NCBI GenBank assembly: GCA_038895675.1
Contig: JAWANB010000001.1
Span: 31,443-95,442, forward strand
Length of the DNA: 64,000 nt
Reading direction: 5' to 3'
DNA from: Candidatus Iainarchaeum sp.
GTDB lineage: Archaea; Iainarchaeota; Iainarchaeia; Iainarchaeales; Iainarchaeaceae
Below are positions 16,788-26,587 of the stretch, piece after piece. Made by a program: the position numbers and the translations under genes. The notes beneath the pieces are model-generated. The model was not told the origin of the DNA. It made no database searches and saw only the letters and a list, made by a program, of their open reading frames with translations. Position 1 is the first letter of the stretch, and each line of letters opens with the position of its first letter.

Positions 16788-18977
16788 TTACAAAATCTTA
16801 GAAATCATCATTCGAGCCAACAAATAAGTCACAGTTGCCTCTGCGCCTTCGTTAGCATTAACACCATTTTTTGTCAAACCGTCAAAACAACCGCCAGTAG
16901 CTTCATCATAAACCATGAGATTTGAAGTGTTTTTTCCTAAATACCAATCAAAAGAAGACCTTGCTTTAATTGCGTATTCTTTATTTCCAGTCTTCTGAAA
17001 AGCTCTAATATACGCGGTAGTCATTACACTAGCTTCTATTGGCTGCTGATCAAAATGAGACCTCTCTAAGTCTTTTACAAACCATTTTTCCTGTCCAATA
17101 GGAACTAACTTGCCACCTATAAACAAAGTCTTAGTCAAAAAGTTCAAAGATTCTTCAGCAACCTTTAAAGCTAAACCTGTTTTATCATAGTTATCTGCAA
17201 TAAATAAAGCCTCTGGAATGCTCCCATTTGCATAAGTCAAAGATTCCTCAAACCAGTTCCAGTCAACATTAGAAACTTCGTTGTACTTGCTAATCAAAGA
17301 CTCAACAAGTTTTTCTCTCATACCATTTCCAAACATGCCATTTACTTGTGACAATCCAATTAAAGAGTAAGCCTCAGCTCTAGTAGACTCTAACTCTAAC
17401 CCAAAATCAATAGTCTTTTCAAGCATATGCTTAGCCTTAAGCTTAAGTTCGTCAGGCAAATTAGAGTCAAGAACATGGCCTAAAGCCCAAATAGCTCTAC
17501 CTTGAGAATCTTCACTACCAACATCATCCAAAAATTCTCTATTTTCATCCACGAAATTATGAAACTTACCATCTTGCATTTGGCAATAATCTAAAAAATT
17601 TAAGAAAATATTTGAAAGCCTGAGCATCTTTTTTGAACCAAACTTAGAATAAGTGTCAGCAGCAACAACCAAAGCACGAGCATTGTCATCAAGAGTATAA
17701 CCACTATTTATGTCAGGCTCAGAATAATTACAAAATTGTATAATACCGAAGTCGTCAGTTAACTTGTAAAAATGCTTGAAATTCAATGGAGGAAGTCTTC
17801 CAAAAGAGCAATCCTCAATATTAGAAATTTCTTTCAACATGCCAAAATAAGAATTTGCAACATTAGGCCAAGTCATTTTTCTGCTAAACTCAAAAACGTT
17901 TTTTGAAAAATTTAAACTCATTTGCTGATTGTCCAAAAACTTACAAATAGCATTTGCAAAATAACCAGGTTTATTTTGCCTTACCACGATACCTCTATTT
18001 TCAGCCAACATTTCCTTATTATACCTAGTAAAAGAAGCAACTATTGGCTTTCCAGCACCCATTGCATAACTAACAGTCCCACTACAAATCTGATTTTTAT
18101 CTAATGCTGGGGCAACATAAACATCACAAAGTTCAAGAAATTCAATGATTTCATTCAAAGACAAAAACTTATCAATAAACTTTACTTTTCCAATAAGATT
18201 ATTTTCCTGAACCAAAGATTTCAAATAGTCTCTATATTCTTCTCCAAAAATCTTTCTTACTTTAGGATGAGTCTCGCCCAAAACCAAATAAATGGCATTT
18301 GGATGCTTTTCAAGTATTTTAGGCATGGCTAAAATTATGTTTTCAACCCCTTTACCTTTACTCAAAAGACCAAAAGTAAGCAAAACTTTTTTATCGGTCA
18401 AATCATACTTTCTTCTAAGTTTTTCCTTGTTTTGAAAAACCATAGAAGGGACTCCATGATAAATGACCTCTATTTTAGAGCCGTCTATTTTGTAGTTCTT
18501 TTCAAGCAACTCTTTAGCAGTGTTGGTCATGACAACTATTTTCTCACTATACTCAGATATGCCTCTCACAACTTGCTTCATTTCTGACTTTGGATTCTTA
18601 AGCACAGTGTGCATTGTAGTAATCATTTTTTTGTTTGTTAATTCCATGAATCTCAACAAATGGCTACCGAATTTGCCACCAAAAAGTCCGAATTCATGTT
18701 GAATATTAACTAAACCAATGTTTTGCATTTTGTTTATTTTCTTAGCTGCCTTTTCATAACTCTCCAATTCTTGTTCAACAAAACTACCAATGACTCTTTT
18801 ATCATAATCACGTAATATGTGAGAATCTTCGTTTATACAAAAAACCTTAGGAACTAAAATCATTCCAAATTTTTTTTGCAAAGCATCGCACAAATTTTTA
18901 GTAAAAGTAGCAATACCACATTCTCTTGGCGGATAACTTGAAACCATTAGTATTTTTTTAGGGTACTCACCCATCAA
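16788..18977 (-). CDS. Fusion protein: N-terminal GT4 glycosyltransferase plus a C-terminal six-hairpin (amylo-alpha-1,6-glucosidase/GDE_C-like) domain.
   Basis: N-terminal half has GT4 features (KILMVSSYPPRECGIATFTKNL...GETHPK...KFIDKFLSLNEIIEF...APALDKNQICSGTVSYAMGAGKPIV). C-terminal half (about 350 aa) has LDDNARALVVAAD...GRAIWALGHVL, like the WxRD-type (alpha/alpha)6 glycosidases. Confidence 0.6.
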   Translation of the reverse strand: MMGEYPKKILMVSSYPPRECGIATFTKNLCDALQKKFGMILVPKVFCINEDSHILRDYDKRVIGSFVEQELESYEKAAKKINKMQNIGLVNIQHEFGLFGGKFGSHLLRFMELTNKKMITTMHTVLKNPKSEMKQVVRGISEYSEKIVVMTNTAKELLEKNYKIDGSKIEVIYHGVPSMVFQNKEKLRRKYDLTDKKVLLTFGLLSKGKGVENIILAMPKILEKHPNAIYLVLGETHPKVRKIFGEEYRDYLKSLVQENNLIGKVKFIDKFLSLNEIIEFLELCDVYVAPALDKNQICSGTVSYAMGAGKPIVASFTRYNKEMLAENRGIVVRQNKPGYFANAICKFLDNQQMSLNFSKNVFEFSRKMTWPNVANSYFGMLKEISNIEDCSFGRLPPLNFKHFYKLTDDFGIIQFCNYSEPDINSGYTLDDNARALVVAADTYSKFGSKKMLRLSNIFLNFLDYCQMQDGKFHNFVDENREFLDDVGSEDSQGRAIWALGHVLDSNLPDELKLKAKHMLEKTIDFGLELESTRAEAYSLIGLSQVNGMFGNGMREKLVESLISKYNEVSNVDWNWFEESLTYANGSIPEALFIADNYDKTGLALKVAEESLNFLTKTLFIGGKLVPIGQEKWFVKDLERSHFDQQPIEASVMTTAYIRAFQKTGNKEYAIKARSSFDWYLGKNTSNLMVYDEATGGCFDGLTKNGVNANEGAEATVTYLLARMMISKIL

Positions 18978-19021
18978 TTCACCACAAAAAAAGACTATTA
19001 TATCTAAATTGCTGCAACTAA

Positions 19022-20605
19022 TTAATTAATGTTTCTTTTCCAAGCTTCACTATCCACTATGAAATTACAGTTTTTATGAAGTCTCAAAAAAGACGCAGGC
19101 ACTTTGTCAGAAATTTTTCCAAACAATGCTTTTTTCACAGCAAAAGATTTTTCTTTACCAGAAGCTAACAAAACAATTTTTTTAGCAGAAAGTATTGTTC
19201 CTATTCCCAAAGTAATAACTTTTCTTTTCTCTTTTCCAATAAAAGTAAAAGCAACTCTTGTCTTAGAATTTGCCTTTGAGCCAGGCTCGTTAAAAGCAAT
19301 ATGCCCATTTTTTCCTATGCCTAACAAAACAAAGTCTAAACCATGAGTTCTAACAAACTTTTCAACACTCTTAGCCTGACTTTTAGCCATGCTTAAATTA
19401 CCGCTGAAAAAAAATTCTTTCCGAAATTTTTTTGTGCCAACAAGTTGGTTCTTAATGAAAAACTTAAAAGAATCTTTTTCACTTTTTAAATCTAAATACT
19501 CGTCAAGTTGTATTATAGTAGATTTTGAAAAGTCAAGTTTAGAATCCTTAACCATATTATAAGCCAAGATTGGCGTGTTGCCAGCAGCAAAACAAAAAAC
19601 AGAATCTGGTTTTAAGGCTAATTGTAAAGCTATTTCTTCAAAAGCCACTTTTGACAGTTCTTGATAATCCTTACACAAAATTATATTAATTTTTTCAGTT
19701 TTTTTTAAAAACTTCAAAACTTTTCTTTCACTAATTTTTACTAAAGATATTCTTTGAGAAGCAACAAAATTACCTATTTTTAAACAAACTTTTTCATTGA
19801 AATCGTTTATAAGCCCATAAACAAAACCAGCATTAAAGAAGTCCCCAGCTCCTGTAGTGTTTATTGCCTTTACTTTATTAGCTTTTTCAAAAATTTTTTT
19901 TGAATTAGTAAAAAAAGCAGCACCTTTGCTACCTCTTTTCAAAATTACACGTTTAGCATCATTCTTAAGCAAAAATTTTATGCCTTGATGCAAGCTTTTA
20001 TTACCTGTAATTTTTTCGAATTCACGTTCGTCTAAAAAAAAGTAATCTACTAAACCAAGAAAAGATACGTCCCAAGTATTATACTCATCATAAGTAGCAT
20101 CGAAAGCAATTATTACACCTCTTTGTTTAAAATTTTTTAACAATTTTTTGAAATCTTTATGAAGACCTTTTAAATGATAATAACCGCCAAAAAAAATCCA
20201 GTCGCCTTTTTTTATTTTTTTACCGATTTTTTGCCAAACCATTTTTGAAGTCAGTTTTAACATACAGCCTTTGCTTGAAACTATTGCCCTTTCGCCATCA
20301 TTTCTAACAAAAATGTTTGATATGCCATTTTTTTCATTGAACACAAAAAAATTCTTTTTTATTTTTTTGTCGCTTAATTCTTTATCTATAAATTCTTTGA
20401 AAACGTCTTTTCCAATTGCACTAACCAATTCGACTTCTATGCCAAGAGAAGCCATGGCTACAGCAAAATTTGCTGCATTACCACCTATTGAAACTGAAAA
20501 ACTATTTGCTTTATGCTCTTCTCCAAAAACTAAATTTTTTGAATAATAAGTGAAAAAATCAACATTAGTATCTCCCACAACAAAAATTTTTTTCTTATGA
20601 CTCAT
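19022..20605 (-). CDS. Fusion protein: PfkB/ribokinase-family sugar kinase (N-terminal) plus glucosamine-6-phosphate deaminase/isomerase NagB-family domain (C-terminal).
   Basis: N-terminal: IFVVGDTNVDFF...GGNAANFAVAMASLG...TTGAGDFFNAGFVYGL (PfkB anion hole). C-terminal: FCFAAGNTPILAY...LDEYLDL...DFVLLGIGKNGHIAFNEPGS (NagB/6-phosphogluconolactonase fold). Confidence 0.7.
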   Translation of the reverse strand: MSHKKKIFVVGDTNVDFFTYYSKNLVFGEEHKANSFSVSIGGNAANFAVAMASLGIEVELVSAIGKDVFKEFIDKELSDKKIKKNFFVFNEKNGISNIFVRNDGERAIVSSKGCMLKLTSKMVWQKIGKKIKKGDWIFFGGYYHLKGLHKDFKKLLKNFKQRGVIIAFDATYDEYNTWDVSFLGLVDYFFLDEREFEKITGNKSLHQGIKFLLKNDAKRVILKRGSKGAAFFTNSKKIFEKANKVKAINTTGAGDFFNAGFVYGLINDFNEKVCLKIGNFVASQRISLVKISERKVLKFLKKTEKINIILCKDYQELSKVAFEEIALQLALKPDSVFCFAAGNTPILAYNMVKDSKLDFSKSTIIQLDEYLDLKSEKDSFKFFIKNQLVGTKKFRKEFFFSGNLSMAKSQAKSVEKFVRTHGLDFVLLGIGKNGHIAFNEPGSKANSKTRVAFTFIGKEKRKVITLGIGTILSAKKIVLLASGKEKSFAVKKALFGKISDKVPASFLRLHKNCNFIVDSEAWKRNIN

Positions 20606-20656
20606 GCTAAATAGTAGAGTGTATAATATTTAATTTTTGTCATTCAATATGACACT

Positions 20657-21235
20657 ATGGTAAAAGCCATTAGTATTGTTGCCCATCCTGATGATGAAAC
20701 TATTTGGATGGGTGGAAAAATTTTAAGAGAAAAAAATTGGAGTTGGGTAATATTGTCTCTATGTAGAAAGGACGATCCTGACAGAGCACCTAAGTTTTTT
20801 AGAGTATGCAAAGCTCTTAATGCCAAAGGATTTATTTCAGATTTGGATGACGAAAATCCAGAAAAAGATTTAAGTTTAGATGAAGTGGTAAAAAGAATAG
20901 AGCCAATAGTTCATGACAAAAAATTTGATTTTGTTTTTACTCATGGCAAAAATGGCGAGTATGGACATAAAAGGCACATAGAAGTTCACAATGCAGTTAT
21001 AGAAATGTATAAAAGTGGATTACTAAAATTAAAAAATTTGCTTTGCTTTAACTATAAAAGGAACGAAAATCCTTTTATGTGCCTTCCTAACGAAGATGCA
21101 CAAGAAAAGCTTGAACTTACTGATAGTGAATTTCGAGAAAAACAAAGGCTGGTTCATGAAGTTTATGGTTTTAGGAAAGATATTTTTGAGTACTTGAGTT
21201 GTTCTAAAACAGAAACTTTTCAGAAGGTAGTGTGA
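20657..21235 (+). CDS. PIG-L/LmbE-family N-acetylglucosaminyl deacetylase.
   Basis: AISIVAHPDDETIWMGG...VFTHGKNGEYGHKRH matches the PIG-L zinc-deacetylase motifs. The stop overlaps the next gene's start (ATGA). Confidence 0.75.
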   Translation: MVKAISIVAHPDDETIWMGGKILREKNWSWVILSLCRKDDPDRAPKFFRVCKALNAKGFISDLDDENPEKDLSLDEVVKRIEPIVHDKKFDFVFTHGKNGEYGHKRHIEVHNAVIEMYKSGLLKLKNLLCFNYKRNENPFMCLPNEDAQEKLELTDSEFREKQRLVHEVYGFRKDIFEYLSCSKTETFQKVV

Positions 21236-22389
21236 TGTCTAACTCGAAATTTTCGGCTGCAGTATTATACCCTTATCCTCTTGAAATGGACGGCGTAAGT
21301 CTCCAAGGTTATTATCTTGCAAAAGGTTTAGCACACCATGGTTATAAAGTATATCAAGCTAATAGGCGAGCTCGCTTTGAAAAAGAATTTATTTACAAAC
21401 ATTATAAACCGAATTTTGCTATAGGCATAGGTTTTTGGGGAGACTTACCGCAATTGTCAAGGTATACACAAAAATATGATATAACCTTGATACCTTGGCT
21501 TAATGCAGATGGATGGGTCGCGAATTATCATGAAACAATAGAATCATTACCTCTAGTTTTTACTACAAGCAATTGGGTAAAAGAAACTTATATTAGAGAT
21601 GGTTTATCAGGAAAAAACCTTGTTCCAATGCCAATAGGTATTGACACGGAAGAAATGAAACCAATACCTAAAGACGACCCAAGAGTAATTTCAATGAGAA
21701 AACTATTAGGAGTAAAAGAAGACGAAATAATGATATTGACGGCAGGCGGAGACGTTACAAGCAAAGGCTTTCAAGAAGTATTAAAAGCATTAGGAAAAAT
21801 AAATGGCAAGTACCCAAAATGGCGCTATGTAGGTAAAAGTTGGGAAAGTTATTATCCAACTTACCATTATCGTGATGAATTAGAAATAATAAAAAAATTT
21901 GGTTTTGAAAACAAAATAGAGTACATTGATGGTAATGTTTCTAGAGAAACATTCAACGTTCTTTTAAGCGCAGCAGATATTTATGCGGCACCAAGCAGGA
22001 TAGAAGGCTTTGGCATGATACAAGTAGAGGCAATGGCTTGCGGTATCCCAGTACTATCAATTGATGCAGGCGGTATAAAAGACACTATAATCCATAATAA
22101 AACAGGTTTTCTTGCTAAAGTTTCAGAGACAATAGACTTGGATCAAGAGTGGGTTTACCCTGAAATGGGTTTTGAAAAAAAGCAAATAATCAAGTTTGAC
22201 AAACCAAAAACATTTGCTTATAGAGCAGACGTAGATGAATTAGCAGAATATCTTCTAAAATTAATGGAAAACCCAGATTTAAGAAAAAAAATGGGTGAAA
22301 ATGGTAGAAAACACGCTGTAGAAAACTTTGATTACAAAGTAACTTCCTTAAAAATGGCAAAAATAATAGAAAAAACTTTTAACCTATAA
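21232..22389 (+). CDS. GT4-family glycosyltransferase (PIG-A/BshA-like retaining GT).
   Basis: C-terminal GT4 signature YAAPSRIEGFGMIQVEAMACGIPVLSIDAGGIKDTIIHNKTGFLA. Translationally coupled to the PIG-L gene. Confidence 0.75.
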   Translation: MMSNSKFSAAVLYPYPLEMDGVSLQGYYLAKGLAHHGYKVYQANRRARFEKEFIYKHYKPNFAIGIGFWGDLPQLSRYTQKYDITLIPWLNADGWVANYHETIESLPLVFTTSNWVKETYIRDGLSGKNLVPMPIGIDTEEMKPIPKDDPRVISMRKLLGVKEDEIMILTAGGDVTSKGFQEVLKALGKINGKYPKWRYVGKSWESYYPTYHYRDELEIIKKFGFENKIEYIDGNVSRETFNVLLSAADIYAAPSRIEGFGMIQVEAMACGIPVLSIDAGGIKDTIIHNKTGFLAKVSETIDLDQEWVYPEMGFEKKQIIKFDKPKTFAYRADVDELAEYLLKLMENPDLRKKMGENGRKHAVENFDYKVTSLKMAKIIEKTFNL

Positions 22390-22391
22390 AT

Positions 22392-23573
22392 TTACAAAAA
22401 TTCATATATTCCGACACTAGGCTTACTTGTCTTTGAAAGTCTTTTAACATACCTTGTTTCTTGTTTTTCTTTTTCAAACCTTACTTTTTTTCCAACCAAA
22501 ATTTTTTTACCACAAACATACAACGCGTTATTTTTTCCTAAAGCACAATAAAACTTGCCAATTTTAGGCTTGTATTTTACCATTTTTGAATTTTTTAAAA
22601 GCGCAATAACATTTTTTGCTACTACCTTTGATTGGTCAACAGCATTTTGAGCAGTTTTCTGAATGCTTTCATTTTCCACTATACAAGCACAATCACCTAA
22701 ACCAAAAATAAAAGGATAAGTAGTACATTGCATAAAACTATTTACTAATAAGCCACCTCCAGGAGCGCCTCTTTCACCAAGCATTCCAGAGTAAGGAAGC
22801 GAGCTCTCTATTATTAGATCGTGAGTCCTTATGCCTCCAGCCCAAATTAGCGTATCACAACTAAACTCACTTCCGTCTCTACTAATAACTTTCTTATTAA
22901 AAATTTTCTTTGTATAAAAATTGCATACTACATCAATACTTGCTTTACTTAAATAATCAAGGACTAAAGAAGAAGCCTTGTCTGGCAGATTTGGCAAAAT
23001 TCTATTTGGACCATGCAAAATAGTTACTCTAAAGTTTTTTCTATTAAATCCGTTTTTTGCACATACAATATCAAGATGATCTTTCAAAGTAGTTGCTAAT
23101 TCTATTCCAGTTAGACCTGCACCACAAACAACAAAGTCATGTGGCTCATTTTTTTCAACACAATTTGAAATTCTCTCAAAAAGCTTTTCAGCGTCTTCTT
23201 TACTTTTCAACGCAAAAGCCTTTTCTTTTCCTTCTATGCCTGAATAATTGGTCAAAGCTCCAATTGCTAAAATAAGTACATCAAAACTAATTTTTTCAGA
23301 ATTTTTGGTTATAACAAACTTTTCTTTTGGCAAAATTTTTTTTACGGAATCATGGTAATAAACTATCTTGTACTTTTTTAATAAAGAAGGAATTAATAGA
23401 CAAGTGTCAGCCTCTGAAAGTTCTCCTGCCGCAACTTCATAAAGCAAAGGCGAAAAAGTAAAGCAGTCATCATCACTAACTAAAATTATTTCATTTTTTG
23501 ACAAATATTGCCTAAGTCTTAGAGCTGTTTCTATACCAGCAAAGCCTCCTCCTAAAATCAATATTTTTTGCAT
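22392..23573 (-). CDS. FAD-dependent pyridine-nucleotide oxidoreductase, type-II NADH dehydrogenase (NDH-2)-like.
   Basis: Two dinucleotide-binding motifs (ILILGGGFAGIE and VVCGAGLTGIELA) and a C-terminal GLGDCA. About 393 aa. Confidence 0.65.
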   Translation of the reverse strand: MQKILILGGGFAGIETALRLRQYLSKNEIILVSDDDCFTFSPLLYEVAAGELSEADTCLLIPSLLKKYKIVYYHDSVKKILPKEKFVITKNSEKISFDVLILAIGALTNYSGIEGKEKAFALKSKEDAEKLFERISNCVEKNEPHDFVVCGAGLTGIELATTLKDHLDIVCAKNGFNRKNFRVTILHGPNRILPNLPDKASSLVLDYLSKASIDVVCNFYTKKIFNKKVISRDGSEFSCDTLIWAGGIRTHDLIIESSLPYSGMLGERGAPGGGLLVNSFMQCTTYPFIFGLGDCACIVENESIQKTAQNAVDQSKVVAKNVIALLKNSKMVKYKPKIGKFYCALGKNNALYVCGKKILVGKKVRFEKEKQETRYVKRLSKTSKPSVGIYEFL

Positions 23574-23634
23574 TATACTATAAACGAGTCAAGTTATTTT
23601 TATAGTTTTAGTAAAAAAATTCAAAGCTATAAAT

Positions 23635-23901
23635 TCAAGGCAAAACAAAAAGGTTATCATCATTTTTTCCGTCAAGCAAACCAATTCTAACTCCAGCGTC
23701 TATCCAAGCATGAGCATAACTATAAGCAGCTAATGCAGTTAATTTCAAACCCTTTTTTTCAAAATATTGCGCATCTTCATAATAAGCTTTAGCCATTTCC
23801 AAAAGCTTTTTCCCATATTCTTTTCTTATCTCTACTTTTTCAAGCGCTAATTTAGTTAATGACCTGTACTTTGCAAGTTTTTCTTCTAAATTTTCTTTCA
23901 T
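23635..23901 (-). CDS. Small helical hypothetical protein.
   Basis: 88 aa, AYSYAHAWIDAGVRIGLL. Overlaps the upstream diphthine synthase gene by 4 nt. Confidence 0.4.
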   Translation of the reverse strand: MKENLEEKLAKYRSLTKLALEKVEIRKEYGKKLLEMAKAYYEDAQYFEKKGLKLTALAAYSYAHAWIDAGVRIGLLDGKNDDNLFVLP

Positions 23902-24668
23902 TCAAGATCAGCCAATGTTTTTAAACCTTCAATTTCTTTTTCATTCAAATTGCCACAAACGATAAGAGATTGAGGAAAAGAAACAAAATCAAAATTCTTT
24001 ACTTTTTCAATAGGACCAGCAAAAATTTGTTCTCTATCACTGCCAAGACCTGCAAGACCAACTATAATACTTTCAGCAATAACATTTTTTTCTCGCCTTT
24101 CCTCAATTAACTCAAGCAAAGAAAGAGCTTGCCTAATACTCATTAACCTTGACTCTTCTTTCCTAATGTCTAACAAGCAAAAAGTATGCAAGCCTAAAGA
24201 CTTGTTTTTTATTATAACGTCATAAAAGCTTTCAGGCTCATAGTCTGGTTCATGAAAAACTATTGTCGTCGTCCTACCAAACTTGTATCTATCCAAGCCT
24301 GTAAAAGCCACGAATTCAAAGACACTAATCCCTGGAATAATTTTAACAGGAATACTTAATTTTTTACACTCAATCGCTAATTGAATATGAGTAGTGGCAT
24401 TCAAAGGGCTTCCTGGAACTGCCAAAGCCACATTGTAATTAAAAGGCAACAAAAATTTTTCTAAAAAATTTTCTTCTATTTCTTTCCTCTCTAAAGCAAT
24501 TATTTCTTTTCCAACTTCAGAACTCAATTTTGAAATATAACCTTCTGGCAATTGAGAAGTAAAACTATCTAAGTAAATTTTTTCACAACTTTTCAACGCA
24601 GAAATAGATTCTTTTGTAATATGTTTTGGAGCCAAACCAATGCCTACCAAGTAAAGCATTTTTATCAA
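23898..24668 (-). CDS. dphB: Diphthine synthase (diphthamide biosynthesis methyltransferase, tetrapyrrole-methylase fold).
   Basis: MLYLVGIGLAPKHITKESISALKSCEKIYLDSFTS...VALAVPGSPLNATTH...IPGISVFE matches Dph5-type class III MTases. Confidence 0.7.
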   Translation of the reverse strand: MIKMLYLVGIGLAPKHITKESISALKSCEKIYLDSFTSQLPEGYISKLSSEVGKEIIALERKEIEENFLEKFLLPFNYNVALAVPGSPLNATTHIQLAIECKKLSIPVKIIPGISVFEFVAFTGLDRYKFGRTTTIVFHEPDYEPESFYDVIIKNKSLGLHTFCLLDIRKEESRLMSIRQALSLLELIEERREKNVIAESIIVGLAGLGSDREQIFAGPIEKVKNFDFVSFPQSLIVCGNLNEKEIEGLKTLADLE

Positions 24669-24691
24669 TAAAATAATCGTCTAAAAAACTT

Positions 24692-25513
24692 TTAAATGCA
24701 AGTGCCAACTCCAATAGTCAAAAGATTCCTTAAGCCAGGAGCAAATCCTAAAACAATAATCCAAAATTTGACAAAATTCCTAAAATTTTCGTCCTCTATT
24801 TCTCTGTCAGCATAATAGACAATTAAACTAGCGATCAAAATTTTTACTAAAATAAATAGCCAAGGATTTATTGAAATAACAAAAGCACTAACTGGATGTT
24901 GTTCAGTACAATTCAAAGAAGTAGCTACCAAAGTTCCAAAACCATCCAAGGCTTGGCCAAAAATAACGAATAAATTCATTTTATCTGAAAGAATTTTTTT
25001 TAAAAGAAAAGAAAATGACAATACTTTTAGGATAAACAAAATGAAAATCATAGCAACTATTATCAATGCAACTTGATTCCAAGCAACAAAATTAATTATT
25101 TCAAAAACCAAAATAGGCAATGTTATTGCAGAACCCACTATCGGAACAAATTTTTTCCAATTCTTGCCAGACAAAACTATAGTGGCAAAAAGAATACCAC
25201 CTGTTAAAAACCAAATTCCAGGAGTAAAAGTATAAAAATTTGGATCCAAAGGATTGCAAGTCTTATAGAAAAAACCCATGTCATTTAGAACCCTTAAAGA
25301 AGATCCAAAAACTATGAACGGAAAAACAGCTAAAACAAAACCAAAATCAAATTTTATTTGTTTTTTTGCCAAAAACTTGTAAAGATAAAAAATCACCACA
25401 AATAAAATTAGAATATAAAAAATAGTGTTTACAAAATTGTAACCTCTTTCTGTTTTTCCCAAAATAGGGTCACAAAAATATTTACCAGTTAAGTCAAAAA
25501 TGATTTCAAACAT
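24692..25513 (-). CDS. Polytopic membrane protein, hypothetical.
   Basis: 273 aa with about 7 predicted hydrophobic helices. No soluble domain. Confidence 0.45.
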   Translation of the reverse strand: MFEIIFDLTGKYFCDPILGKTERGYNFVNTIFYILILFVVIFYLYKFLAKKQIKFDFGFVLAVFPFIVFGSSLRVLNDMGFFYKTCNPLDPNFYTFTPGIWFLTGGILFATIVLSGKNWKKFVPIVGSAITLPILVFEIINFVAWNQVALIIVAMIFILFILKVLSFSFLLKKILSDKMNLFVIFGQALDGFGTLVATSLNCTEQHPVSAFVISINPWLFILVKILIASLIVYYADREIEDENFRNFVKFWIIVLGFAPGLRNLLTIGVGTCI

Positions 25514-25548
25514 CTTTTTTATAATGAGACATTACTATTTAATATTTT

Positions 25549-26586
25549 ATGGAAGCGTTAGGAATAGAAATAGAAAAAAGTGAAGCAGAAAAAGTCAAAC
25601 AAATTTTATCTAAAAAAAGCCTATTAAATAATAGCCTTTTGCCTATAAGAAAAGGCAACAAAGTTATTTTTCCGATAAAAGAAAAGCCTATAGAAAATTT
25701 AGGAAAAATAGTCAAGACAAAGTTTAGTATGCGTGAAAAAAAACCTAAGAATATAAAAGAAGTTTTGTCAAAAAGCCTCTCAAAAGAAGAAATTGCGTTA
25801 TTGCCTTCATCATTTGACCTTTTAGGAGACTGCGCAATACTTGAATTAAATGAAAGAATAAAACACAAAGCTTTAGAAATAGCAGAAGCACTAATGCTTG
25901 TCAACAAGCAAGTAAAAAGTGTTTTTTTGAAAACAGGAGCACACCATGGAATTTTTAGAAACGAACCAGTTGTTTTTATAGCTGGAAAAAGAACAAACAA
26001 AGCCACTTACATTGAACATGGTTGCAAGTTTAAAATAACTCTTGGCCAAGTATTTTTCTCACCAAGACTTTCCTCTGAAAGAAAAAGAATTTCAAATCTG
26101 ATAAAAGAAGGAGAAAAAATAGCATGTCTTTTTGCAGGCGTTGGGCCATTTCCAATAGTTTTTGCAAAACACTCAAAAATGAGCATGGCAATAGCAATAG
26201 AACTTAATCCAATAGCTTATAATGACATGTTAGAAAATATTACTATTAACAAGCTACAAAACAAAATAATTCCTTTGTTAGGAGACGTAAAAGAGTTTGC
26301 TAAAATGCCAGAATACAAAGAAAAATTTGATAGAGTCATAATGCCATTGCCAAAAGGCGGTGAAAACTTTTTGGAAGACGCAATAAACTTTCTAAAAAAA
26401 GAAGGAATGATTCACTATTACCAATTTTCTGACTCAAAAAGTCCTTTTGAAGATCCGCACAAACAAATAGAAAATGCATGCAAAGATAAAAATGCGACTT
26501 TTGAAATAATCTTCGAAAAAAAAGTCAGAGATTATGCACCAAGCATAGTGCAAGTAGTAATAGATTTTTTTGTAAGGAAGAGATAA
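25549..26586 (+). CDS. trm5: tRNA (guanine37-N1)-methyltransferase Trm5/Taw2-like (Met-10+ class I SAM MTase).
   Basis: FSPRLSSERKRI, CLFAGVGPFPIVFA (SAM motif I) and ELNPIAYNDMLENITINKL...DRVIMPLP match the Trm5/TYW2 family. Confidence 0.7.
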   Translation: MEALGIEIEKSEAEKVKQILSKKSLLNNSLLPIRKGNKVIFPIKEKPIENLGKIVKTKFSMREKKPKNIKEVLSKSLSKEEIALLPSSFDLLGDCAILELNERIKHKALEIAEALMLVNKQVKSVFLKTGAHHGIFRNEPVVFIAGKRTNKATYIEHGCKFKITLGQVFFSPRLSSERKRISNLIKEGEKIACLFAGVGPFPIVFAKHSKMSMAIAIELNPIAYNDMLENITINKLQNKIIPLLGDVKEFAKMPEYKEKFDRVIMPLPKGGENFLEDAINFLKKEGMIHYYQFSDSKSPFEDPHKQIENACKDKNATFEIIFEKKVRDYAPSIVQVVIDFFVRKR

Positions 26587-26587
26587 A

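Noticed and set aside
25539-26006. 155-aa minus-strand ORF.
   Set aside because: It is entirely antisense to the well-supported trm5 gene, has no motifs and a low-complexity composition.
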